Assembly (NCBI GenBank): GCA_003514005.1
Contig: DOSJ01000022.1
Coordinates: 13,804 to 77,803 of the forward strand
Length of the DNA: 64,000 nt
Origin: Candidatus Falkowbacteria bacterium
GTDB taxonomy: Bacteria > Patescibacteriota > Patescibacteriia > Patescibacteriales > UBA12075
Direction of reading: 5' to 3'
Shown: positions 1-8,663 of the stretch, piece by piece
Layout of the letters: every line of letters starts with the position of its first letter
How positions within the stretch are numbered: the first letter of the stretch is position 1
The notes under the pieces: generated by a model
What the model was told of the DNA's origin: nothing
Database searches by the model: none
Seen by the model: only the letters and a program-made list of their open reading frames with translations
Program-made: the position numbers and the translations under genes

Positions 1-141
1 TCTTGATAAATAAGCATCCGGAGCACAATATGTTTCTGAGTGTTTTTTTCCCAAATTTAAAAGCCAATCTATTCTTTCATTGATAGGCATATTGTATATA
101 TCTGCTTCTCTGGCATCAATATAGCGATTAATATCTTTCAT
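1..141 (-). CDS. hypothetical protein, partial (runs off window start)
   Basis: ATG at 141 on minus strand with open frame to position 1 (MKDINRYIDAREADIYNMPINERIDWLLNLGKKHSETYCAPDAYLS...). No recognised domain. Confidence 0.25.
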   Translation of the reverse strand, partial: MKDINRYIDAREADIYNMPINERIDWLLNLGKKHSETYCAPDAYLSR

Positions 142-161
142 ATATTTTTTAATTAAATAAT

Positions 162-770
162 CTATTTCATCATTTCCCTGACAGCCGGCAAAAGGCAAGC
201 AGTCTGAGCGGCACAATCGTTTGGACGACTGATGGTCGTACGCGCGGTACATAATCGCTCTTCTGTTGTCCATGTTCCGCAGATTTCGAGACAGCTAGCA
301 TAAGCATCGTCCAAATCAGCCAGCGTTACATCATCGCCGTAGCTCGCACAAGTGGCATAGTTGCGGCAAGCCTCGTCGCAACTGCCTGCCGTTTTTTTAT
401 CTACTGCCGCGGGCTCACCCTCCTCTGCCGTTTCCATGCAATAAGGGGCACTACTGAAAAACTGAGCGCATTCATCGGCATCGGTAACACAACCAATAGT
501 CTTCTCATCCCACTCAGCTTCGCACATAAGCTGACAGCTCAGGGGATCCATAATCGATTCGTCCAAACTTTGTCCGGAAACGGTATAATCCTCTATTTCC
601 GTTTTACACAACTCGGGTATTATCCGCTCGCACATAGTACCACATATCTGCGCCTGTGTCGACTCAAAAGCCGGAGCAGACGGCGCGGGTGTCGATATGC
701 CAGGATTCTTTGCGGCACAGCCAGAAAGAGCGGCCGCGCACAAAAACAAAAAGATAATTGATTTTTTCAT
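162..770 (-). CDS. Cys-rich secreted lipoprotein
   Basis: N-terminal signal with lipobox (LSGC). Many Cys in paired patterns. GC-rich relative to neighbours. Confidence 0.5.
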   Translation of the reverse strand: MKKSIIFLFLCAAALSGCAAKNPGISTPAPSAPAFESTQAQICGTMCERIIPELCKTEIEDYTVSGQSLDESIMDPLSCQLMCEAEWDEKTIGCVTDADECAQFFSSAPYCMETAEEGEPAAVDKKTAGSCDEACRNYATCASYGDDVTLADLDDAYASCLEICGTWTTEERLCTARTTISRPNDCAAQTACLLPAVREMMK

Positions 771-819
771 ATTGATTTTAAATTAATTCAACTTTTATTA
801 TTTTGAATTAGTGCAAATC

Positions 820-1278
820 CTAAAATTCAACAATACTATTAACTGCCAAAACCACACCTGCTCCCAAAAGGCATCCGGCCATTTTGCCTACTGCTGATTT
901 TAGCATGGTTCTTTCTTCGGGTATAAATCTTTCTCTTAGTTTTTCGGCCATATGCCCTTCAAATATCCCGGCAATCCCGTCCGTAATCGCATTGCCCACA
1001 ACTCCGCCGATAATCGCACCCGCGACCCCGCCAAAATGTCCGCCAAATATCGCCAAAATCGCCAGGATACCATTATCGATCAATCCGAAAAAAATATCCG
1101 GCAATACTGTTTTTAATTTTACCTTGAATGGAATAAGTGAAGCAAGGCAAAGTCCGGCTAATGCGATCAAAACCAAACCGATCCAATTCGCGTTACTTAC
1201 AAAAAAAATACTGACAGCGGCAATCACAATGCACAATGTCAATACGTTTAACATAGCGATTAAAAATTTTTTGTTCAT
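820..1278 (-). CDS. small glycine-rich integral membrane protein
   Basis: Three predicted TM helices and a GG..GG..G glycine-zipper-like stretch. No known family recognised. Confidence 0.45.
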   Translation of the reverse strand: MNKKFLIAMLNVLTLCIVIAAVSIFFVSNANWIGLVLIALAGLCLASLIPFKVKLKTVLPDIFFGLIDNGILAILAIFGGHFGGVAGAIIGGVVGNAITDGIAGIFEGHMAEKLRERFIPEERTMLKSAVGKMAGCLLGAGVVLAVNSIVEF

Positions 1279-1346
1279 AGGTTGTTTTTATACTTCAATT
1301 AAATTTAATTGTGTAATATATTTTTTTTATCACGCAAAACTGAAAA

Positions 1347-2558
1347 TTATTTAAATAAGCGCCGCAAATTCAGTTTACGATCGTATTCCAATATGCCATA
1401 ACGAAAAGCCTGCGTAGCAATAAAAAGCGAGGCAATACTGCTGACAGCGAGAATGGCCATACCGATCGCAATCTCCCAGGGCAATAAATTGCCAGCGGCA
1501 TTGCGGAGCATAAGCGTAATTGGCGCGCTGAGCGGAAAAAAGCTGAGTACTTTTACGATTAGCTGTGAAGGATCCGTAAAAATCGCTGATGCCGCATAGA
1601 GCGGAATGAACATAAAAAACATGGCAATGCCAAAAAAACTGCTAGCCTCCTTTGCGGTCGGCACTACCGCGCCGATGGTTACAAGCATGCCCGTAAAAAG
1701 CAAAAAAGAAAATATAAACAAACCGGCACCATCCAAAAGGCGGACAGGATCAATTACCAATTCCGCCAAATTGATTTGTGGAAAATTCAATTTGTCCCGA
1801 AAGAATATAAATCCAATCACCACCGGCAAAGACATTACGGAAATTTGCACAACTCCGACCATAACCATCGCCAAAATTTTCCCGATAATCAAACTACCGG
1901 CATCAACCGATGTCAGGATAATTTCTATCACTCGATTTTCCTTTTCTTCTGTCGTACTGGTAAGCATGTGATTGCCGAGCAGTATTATAACAAGATAAAA
2001 AAGCACCAAAAAAGCGCCAGGTACGAAAACCTGTTCAATCCCCTGCGCCTGCGCTCCATCTTTGTAGGCCACGAGTTTGGCCACCGGTTCGGTCTGCAAG
2101 ATAGCCGCAACTTCCGGGGAATTCAATCCGCCGATGATGCTGGATTTTAGAAGCTGACGGGCAAAGCCGGTGTACTTGCTATTCTTGACCAAGCCAACAT
2201 CTCGGCCAAATACTTCGATTGTTTCTGAAGAAGGGTTGCTTGGAAAAAATATGAATGAATCAAGCTCCCCGTCTTTGACCATCCGTATGCCTTCTTCTTT
2301 GTCTTTTAACTGCTGAATCTTGCCGGAATCAAAAATGCTTTTTTCAATAAAACCGGATTCATCCAATACGGCCACGCTAAACTCTTCGGCTTTTGTTTTT
2401 TCCTGATTTTCTGAAGCGGATTTACTGGAAAAATAAATAATCGTAAAGACCAGCGCCACTACGACCGGAACGGCCAAAACGCTTAGCCAAAATGTTTTTT
2501 TCTTGACGGTTCTGACAAATTCAAAAACCATCACAGTTCTCAGATTATGCATAAACAT
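1347..2558 (-). CDS. ABC-2 family transporter permease (NatB-like)
   Basis: N-terminal TM, large extracytoplasmic domain, then a 5-TM ABC-2 core. The track ORF begins at 2621, but an internal Met at 2558/2552 overlaps the stop of the upstream ATPase by a few nt and is the likely true start. Confidence 0.65.
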   Translation of the reverse strand: MFMHNLRTVMVFEFVRTVKKKTFWLSVLAVPVVVALVFTIIYFSSKSASENQEKTKAEEFSVAVLDESGFIEKSIFDSGKIQQLKDKEEGIRMVKDGELDSFIFFPSNPSSETIEVFGRDVGLVKNSKYTGFARQLLKSSIIGGLNSPEVAAILQTEPVAKLVAYKDGAQAQGIEQVFVPGAFLVLFYLVIILLGNHMLTSTTEEKENRVIEIILTSVDAGSLIIGKILAMVMVGVVQISVMSLPVVIGFIFFRDKLNFPQINLAELVIDPVRLLDGAGLFIFSFLLFTGMLVTIGAVVPTAKEASSFFGIAMFFMFIPLYAASAIFTDPSQLIVKVLSFFPLSAPITLMLRNAAGNLLPWEIAIGMAILAVSSIASLFIATQAFRYGILEYDRKLNLRRLFK

Positions 2559-3471
2559 CCTCCTTTCCTTCTTTGCGGTAAATCTGTACAAAAATATCAT
2601 CCAGCTTTGCCTGCTCGACATGAAATCCGCTTACCTTGAGCCCGTCCTGTGCTCCCAGATAAGAAAAAATTTCATCAACGGCTACTCCATCCTTTGGCGC
2701 CAATTCCGCGCTTTGAGACGTATTATTTATAATCGTAAACAAAATATCATTGGGTTTTAACGAACCGGCATACTCCACGATAATACTGTTCTTCCCATAC
2801 TGGCGTTTGATTTCCGGCACGGATCCATACAAGCGGCGTTTGCCATCTTTGAGCAATAGCAGTCGGGTGCAAAGCTTTTCCACTTCCTCCATCTGATGCG
2901 TAACCAAAATTACAGTCGAACCCTTGGCAACTAATTCCTGAATAATATCCATCATCAACCTACGGTTCACAGGGTCAAAGCCTTTGGTTGGCTCATCCAA
3001 AATAAGCAGTTTGGGATCGTTCATAATAGTTACCCCAAGCTGGACTTTTTGCTGTTGTCCGCCCGATAGCTTACCCAAAACCTGCCCCGCGCTATCAATT
3101 AGCTCTACTCTTTCCAGATATTTTTCCGCCCATTCCTTGGCCTCTTTACGACGCAAACCTTTGAGCTGTCCGAAATATACCATTGTATCCAAAACAGTTT
3201 CTTTTTTGTAAAGCCCGCGCTCCTCCGGCAGATACCCCAAAGAACCGGACATTTCCGGCAAAAAGCGTTTGCCGTCAATCAATAGCTCGCCAGCCGTCGG
3301 CTGATAAATATCCAAAAGCGCCCGGATGGTAGTCGTCTTGCCCGACCCATTGGACCCCAAAAGCCCAAAAACCTCGCCTTTTTCCACCTCAAAAGACAAA
3401 TCCTCAATAATGGTTTTTTCCCCAAAGCGCATTTGGAAATTTTTGACTGATACGATTTTTGTATTTTCCAT
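2545..3471 (-). CDS. ABC transporter ATP-binding protein (NatA-like)
   Basis: Walker A GSNGSGKTT, signature LSGGQQQK, Walker B LLILDEPT. Confidence 0.9.
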   Translation of the reverse strand: MENTKIVSVKNFQMRFGEKTIIEDLSFEVEKGEVFGLLGSNGSGKTTTIRALLDIYQPTAGELLIDGKRFLPEMSGSLGYLPEERGLYKKETVLDTMVYFGQLKGLRRKEAKEWAEKYLERVELIDSAGQVLGKLSGGQQQKVQLGVTIMNDPKLLILDEPTKGFDPVNRRLMMDIIQELVAKGSTVILVTHQMEEVEKLCTRLLLLKDGKRRLYGSVPEIKRQYGKNSIIVEYAGSLKPNDILFTIINNTSQSAELAPKDGVAVDEIFSYLGAQDGLKVSGFHVEQAKLDDIFVQIYRKEGKEDVYA

Positions 3472-3600
3472 AATTATATTTTAGCAAAATTTTCTATAAT
3501 AATCCAGTAAAATACGAAAGTAAAAATACTAACTTTTCACTAAACGCAATTTTAGCACTAAAAAAATTACAGCAAATTCGTGCTGTAATTCTTAAATTTA

Positions 3601-3906
3601 CTATTCTTCTTTCACATCGCTCCACATCGATTTCAAGGCGTTTACTAAGGTTTTTTTCGATTCACTATTAATCTCTTTTCTTCTGGCATATTCCTCTACT
3701 ATTTTAGTAACCAATTCATCAAAATCTTCTTTTGTTACGTCATGAAGTTTGTTAAGGTTTTCTTTTAAGCGCCTCGCCATCGGCTCAAGATCTTTTTTTA
3801 ATTTTTTTGCAAGATTTCGCCCTTCTTTGCTAACGCCAAATCCCGCTACAAAAGCGGCAGTTATCAATCCGCCAAGAATAAGGCCTTTTGTAAATTTGTT
3901 ATCCAT
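3601..3906 (-). CDS. YtxH-like small membrane-anchored protein
   Basis: Single N-terminal TM followed by a charged coiled region, typical of YtxH/DUF948-like proteins. Confidence 0.35.
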   Translation of the reverse strand: MDNKFTKGLILGGLITAAFVAGFGVSKEGRNLAKKLKKDLEPMARRLKENLNKLHDVTKEDFDELVTKIVEEYARRKEINSESKKTLVNALKSMWSDVKEE

Positions 3907-4344
3907 ATATATATAATTTAGTTAATAAATAAGCGCGTTTATTTCAATTAAAATTATTAATTTCTATACTATTATCTTACACCTAAATTATTAAGATATT
4001 ATTAAGAATAATTAAAAAAATATATTAATTCGGATTTTTTTGGTTGGAGTTTTTTAAAGAGTGAAAATCACATTGCCTTTTTTAATTTTGTCTAATCTAA
4101 AATCAAATCACCTAATTTTATATCTCAAATATACGCAGTTTTAGCTCAACTTTTATCAAATATTTATCATCTTTGAAAATTAACCTTTCTATTTCCCCTA
4201 ACCGAAACACTTCTGGTTGGTTGTATTTTGTACAGATTATTGCTTTTATTTTATTATAGTGCCTCTGAAAATGTAAAAACCTGAATTGTTAGTTTTCCTT
4301 AGACTACCAGTTCAGTATATCTAGGGCTAATCATTCTACCTTTT

Positions 4345-5319
4345 TCATTTAGACATAGTAATAAAATATTTTTCCGCCCTCTTATTCCACTGTTTATCAT
4401 TAAACACATTTTTATGTGGGTCTCTTATGGTAATAGGCGAATAACCTTTCACACCCAAACTGTTTTTGTCCACGAGGTAAATATAGTATTCATCCCGCTT
4501 GATTCTAGCGACATCTATCTCGTTTCTTGACCAATAAAAACTCGGCTCTCCCGTATAACATTTTACTTCAATAAATCTATTGGGGATACCGGATTCTGGT
4601 GATTCAAATGAGACGATATCATATCCAGCTGATACGTCATAATCAGATATTTTTTCAATTTCCATATTCTTAGATCCACCCAATCTATCCTTTTCAAATT
4701 CTAATACATAATTTTCTGCTAACTCGCCATTTAGTCTCTTTTCTTCAAGTTGATTATGTAAATTATCAAGGCCGATTTTTCTCCCTTTAATTTCGGGTAA
4801 TACCAATAAGTCAAAAAATCTTCTGTATTTTGCATTTACAATCAATTTATTTATCTTCAAATCAGGGTGTGGAAACAATAATCGAAAATCTATCAAAAGC
4901 TGTTTAAAATTTGAATATTTCAATCGAAAAGCAGAATTTTTTATTTGTATATACCTATATACTATATCATATGAAATATTCTCAGATATAAAAATTTCAT
5001 CAAAAGTTGGGTCATATTTTAGCTCTAAAAATAATCGTTCCAGTATTTTACAACAAATATATTCCTCACTTCTTAAGTACTTGGAAAAAGTTTCATCAAA
5101 ACACAATCCGCCTCCTTGCTCCAATTCAATTATTTTTATATATAGAAGGAATGGCAAACATCCATCAAAAACAACCCTGCCGTTAATTAAGCGGTTTTTA
5201 AAATATCCCTCAACTCCCTCGACATTCCATTTTCCTTTTCGCGATTTAAATTGGTCGAACAATTCCCAAAAGTAGTTAGGAGTACCAAGGTTATCATATT
5301 TACTGAGTTCTTTTAGCAT
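4345..5319 (-). CDS. DUF3883 (NO VEIN C-terminal-like, PD-(D/E)xK-like) domain protein
   Basis: C-terminal segment AENYVLEFEKDRL...GYDIVSF...IEVKCY...SRNE...YYIYLV matches the conserved DUF3883 signature. The D...EVK spacing resembles a PD-(D/E)xK nuclease core. The start overlaps the SNF2 gene stop by 20 nt. Confidence 0.6.
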   Translation of the reverse strand: MLKELSKYDNLGTPNYFWELFDQFKSRKGKWNVEGVEGYFKNRLINGRVVFDGCLPFLLYIKIIELEQGGGLCFDETFSKYLRSEEYICCKILERLFLELKYDPTFDEIFISENISYDIVYRYIQIKNSAFRLKYSNFKQLLIDFRLLFPHPDLKINKLIVNAKYRRFFDLLVLPEIKGRKIGLDNLHNQLEEKRLNGELAENYVLEFEKDRLGGSKNMEIEKISDYDVSAGYDIVSFESPESGIPNRFIEVKCYTGEPSFYWSRNEIDVARIKRDEYYIYLVDKNSLGVKGYSPITIRDPHKNVFNDKQWNKRAEKYFITMSK

Positions 5320-7273
5320 AATCGTCCAATAAGGCCTTGATTAAATCCGTTTCATCAGAATCATCTATACGGGAAAAAAGCGGTATCTCCTCATCAATAA
5401 TCCTTTCCATTCTTTCTACTTTAATGTTAAGTTGCTGGTTTATCACATCATCGACCGAATCCTTCGATAATATGTAATAATAATTCGTTACCTGGCCTTC
5501 GGATAATCCTACCCTATGTATCCTATCTTTCGACTGCAAAAAATTAGAACAGTTGTAATCTCTTTCCATATACACCGCATTATGGCAACCTTTATGCAAA
5601 GAAATCGATTCAGCGACTGCGAAAGGATTTGCAATGACTACTTTAAAATCATTATTAGCCTGATCGTTAAATTTTTTTATGACCGCTTCGCGTTCAATTT
5701 GATCGACTTCCCCAATCAATAATCTGGATTCAATTCCCTTACTCGACAAGAAATCTTTAAACTCTTTTGCGTTTTGAACGAATATCGTCCAAATCAAAAC
5801 CTTTTCATTCCGTTTAATTTTCTCTTTCAATAATTCTAAAATACCGATGAATTTGCTCGGAACCTCTGATTTTATGTAGCTTTTTATTTTAGATAATATT
5901 TGTGAATCATCCTGAAATTCTTCTGGCATTAATTTTCCCGAGACGGTTCTTCCGCTATAATCATCAATTTCAAGAGTATCCTCAATCGGTCTCACAAGTA
6001 ATGAGGGGTTTGTTGAGGCTTGGCGGAGTCTTATTAATTTTGCTTTATTCAAAATATCTTTCACGGTAGCGGAACCATTTTTTTGAAAAGATTTTATATA
6101 TTTCGTTTCGATGAAATCATATATCTCCCTTTGCTGTTTTCCCATCTCGAAGTATATCGTTTTCTCATTTACCGGTGGCAATTTTAAATCAGATTTTTTT
6201 ATCCTGATAAAATATGGGGATATATTTTCAGTAAATCTTTTGACTCTTTCGTTATCAGGAGAACTATTTTTTGTCATATCGACGAGATTTCCATAATGAA
6301 ATTTCAAGATGTCCTTAAATTTAAAAGGATATATGAATTGAAACAGGTTGAATAAATCTTCATATCCATTAGGAACGGGTGTGCCCGTTAATATTACCCT
6401 TGACTTTGCTTCTTTTGCTATATTGATAACACTTTTACCCCAAACGCCTTCAGGATTTTTAATCCGATGGGCTTCATCTACAACCACCATGGTTTTATTT
6501 TTTCTTAGAAAATCAACAATCTCGTTTTGCAATCCATCGACCCCTCCATGGTAGATCAATGTAATCTCGGATGGGAAATACAAATGTTGCTCTTTTTGGC
6601 TCCTGGATACACTGCTATCCCCCGAAAGTCTTTGTGCTTCCGCCTTTTTACCAAAACATTCCTGATATTCATTTTCCCAAGGGGCGAATGAAGACAATGG
6701 GCCAATGACCATAAGTTTGTCTACATGCCTCGGATGATTAATGGGTAAATTTTTTAAATATGCGTAAGCTCCATATACTATCGATGTTTTGCCCGCGCCT
6801 GGCACCGCGAAGTTGCATGCGTTCTGCGCGAAGGCCAAATGGTAAGATGATAATAATTGTAATGGATATAATCTCCTGACTAATTTATTCTTTACAACGG
6901 ATTGAAAGTCATCAAAATCCGAAACGAATTCAGGATTATTTTCAAACTCGTTATTCCTTATTTTTTTTGCTTTTTGCGAAAATTCCTCGAAGTGTTCTTG
7001 CTCCCGATGATAACTATCCATGGCTTTTTGTGTATCGACAGACAAGCTCTCCTTTAAACCGAACTTTACAAACAATTCATTTATTTCTTGCAAAACTTCA
7101 ATCTCTCTGCCTTCTTCGTAGGGCACATGCAAAAGTCCATCTTCCGATTTATAATTCAGACGTTTAAACGAAAACAGGAGCCTTCTATTGGTTAAAATAC
7201 CATCGATTCCGCCCCTGATAATATAGCGCAAATTTTCTGCGTCTAAATGTACTTCGATTCTTTTATCATTCAT
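5300..7273 (-). CDS. SNF2-family ATPase/helicase
   Basis: Motif I VPGAGKTS, motif II VVVDEAHRIKN, motif III LTGTPVPN, motif VI QSKDRIHRVGL, C-terminal HELICc-like region. Confidence 0.85.
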   Translation of the reverse strand: MNDKRIEVHLDAENLRYIIRGGIDGILTNRRLLFSFKRLNYKSEDGLLHVPYEEGREIEVLQEINELFVKFGLKESLSVDTQKAMDSYHREQEHFEEFSQKAKKIRNNEFENNPEFVSDFDDFQSVVKNKLVRRLYPLQLLSSYHLAFAQNACNFAVPGAGKTSIVYGAYAYLKNLPINHPRHVDKLMVIGPLSSFAPWENEYQECFGKKAEAQRLSGDSSVSRSQKEQHLYFPSEITLIYHGGVDGLQNEIVDFLRKNKTMVVVDEAHRIKNPEGVWGKSVINIAKEAKSRVILTGTPVPNGYEDLFNLFQFIYPFKFKDILKFHYGNLVDMTKNSSPDNERVKRFTENISPYFIRIKKSDLKLPPVNEKTIYFEMGKQQREIYDFIETKYIKSFQKNGSATVKDILNKAKLIRLRQASTNPSLLVRPIEDTLEIDDYSGRTVSGKLMPEEFQDDSQILSKIKSYIKSEVPSKFIGILELLKEKIKRNEKVLIWTIFVQNAKEFKDFLSSKGIESRLLIGEVDQIEREAVIKKFNDQANNDFKVVIANPFAVAESISLHKGCHNAVYMERDYNCSNFLQSKDRIHRVGLSEGQVTNYYYILSKDSVDDVINQQLNIKVERMERIIDEEIPLFSRIDDSDETDLIKALLDDYAKRTQ

Positions 7274-7279
7274 AATTTT

Positions 7280-8653
7280 CTACCCTCCAAGACCCTTTTT
7301 TATATCAAACAAAATTTTGTTTATATCTCTTATTTTTTCAAGAATTGCATCGGATTGCTTTGATTCTTTTTTGATATTGAGTCTTTCTAACAAATAAATT
7401 ACATGGTCTAACGTGTTCTCCGGAGATTTGTCTCCGAGCATATTAGTGGTCATATTATTTAAATCCAATACCACTTTCATGACTTCCGGTTCTGCAAACG
7501 CTTTATGCCTTTGATTGATTGACTCAAGTGCATTTTTGGCCGAATTCACCAGTTTTGCCGGCTCATCGGCCGCTTGTCTATTTCTAAGTTGTTGTTGGTG
7601 GACTTCGATATTATCATTTAGTAATCCAATGGCTTCTTTCGCATACTTTTCGTCCCTACCATTCAAATGGGCTTCTAACTTCTCTGAATCATAATCAATT
7701 TTTTCTTCTTTCTCTTTTATGGGTTCAACATTTTCAAAATGAAAATCCTTAAAATTTTTCCATATTTTTTCATCTCCAAAAAAATGATTTTTTTTCCGAC
7801 CATAAGCGATGTTCCTGAATTTTTTACCTTCGTACTTTGCCCGAATGTAATCGAAAGAAATCATTATCAAATCATCAACATCACTCGGTTTATACCCGTC
7901 AAAGGCGTCCGCGCTATCTTTCGATCCGTTAGTAAATTTTTTCAGTAAATTCGTAAGATCAACAAACTGCCCCTCTCTGTCGTCCAATTGCGTATATATA
8001 CCGTTATACTCCAAATAATCTAAATAATCATCCATGATTTCCATTATATCAAGCCAACTCTTTACCGTCGGTTCGGTTTCCCCCATCCAGTCGGCAATCT
8101 TATCGATAGAAACCCCGCGCTGACGCAACCCTTTGACTTTAAGATATTTTTCGGTAGCGTTATAAGATAGCTTCTCATCTTCTCCCATCTGAAAAGATGT
8201 TTCGAGCTTTTCAATTTCAATCGGGTTTTCCTCAAGCGTAACAGGCAACACTACCGCCTTAAAATAATCACACTTTGCCACTCGCAACAACATCGCCCTT
8301 CTATTTCCATCGATTATTATCCCGTCCCTGGTGACAATTCCTATTTTTTGTTGTCCTATTTTTTTCAAACTTTCCAAGGTTTTCTTATTCCTCCCTTCGT
8401 TTGACTCTAAAAGCAACTTTTCTATCAATTTGGTTCCCTCTTCAGTTTCTACATTAATCTCATATTTTTTTCTTTCCAACGATTTCGTCCTACTTAATAT
8501 ACGTCCGTTATATTTATTATAGACCAAGCAATCCAAAGGTATCTTAAACACATCCATTGATTCCAGTTTGTCTTGCCATGGAATCTCTTGATTTCCGAAA
8601 GGTTCTTGCTTTATCACCTCCCCAATTTTTTTTATTCGTGTTTCCTTGTCCAT
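7280..8653 (-). CDS. ParB/Srx-like nuclease domain protein
   Basis: IIDGNRRAMLL resembles the ParB N-terminal GxRRxxA motif. Long C-terminal extension without recognised domain. Sits 6-10 nt from both flanking genes (same operon). Confidence 0.55.
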   Translation of the reverse strand: MDKETRIKKIGEVIKQEPFGNQEIPWQDKLESMDVFKIPLDCLVYNKYNGRILSRTKSLERKKYEINVETEEGTKLIEKLLLESNEGRNKKTLESLKKIGQQKIGIVTRDGIIIDGNRRAMLLRVAKCDYFKAVVLPVTLEENPIEIEKLETSFQMGEDEKLSYNATEKYLKVKGLRQRGVSIDKIADWMGETEPTVKSWLDIMEIMDDYLDYLEYNGIYTQLDDREGQFVDLTNLLKKFTNGSKDSADAFDGYKPSDVDDLIMISFDYIRAKYEGKKFRNIAYGRKKNHFFGDEKIWKNFKDFHFENVEPIKEKEEKIDYDSEKLEAHLNGRDEKYAKEAIGLLNDNIEVHQQQLRNRQAADEPAKLVNSAKNALESINQRHKAFAEPEVMKVVLDLNNMTTNMLGDKSPENTLDHVIYLLERLNIKKESKQSDAILEKIRDINKILFDIKKGLGG

Positions 8654-8663
8654 AATTTTTAAA

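Noticed and set aside
884-2150. Plus-strand ORFs 884..1354, 1606..1971 and 1776..2150 with low-complexity translations
   Set aside because: They are entirely antisense to well-supported minus-strand membrane-protein and ABC permease genes. Their low-complexity Pro/Ile-rich translations are typical antisense artefacts.
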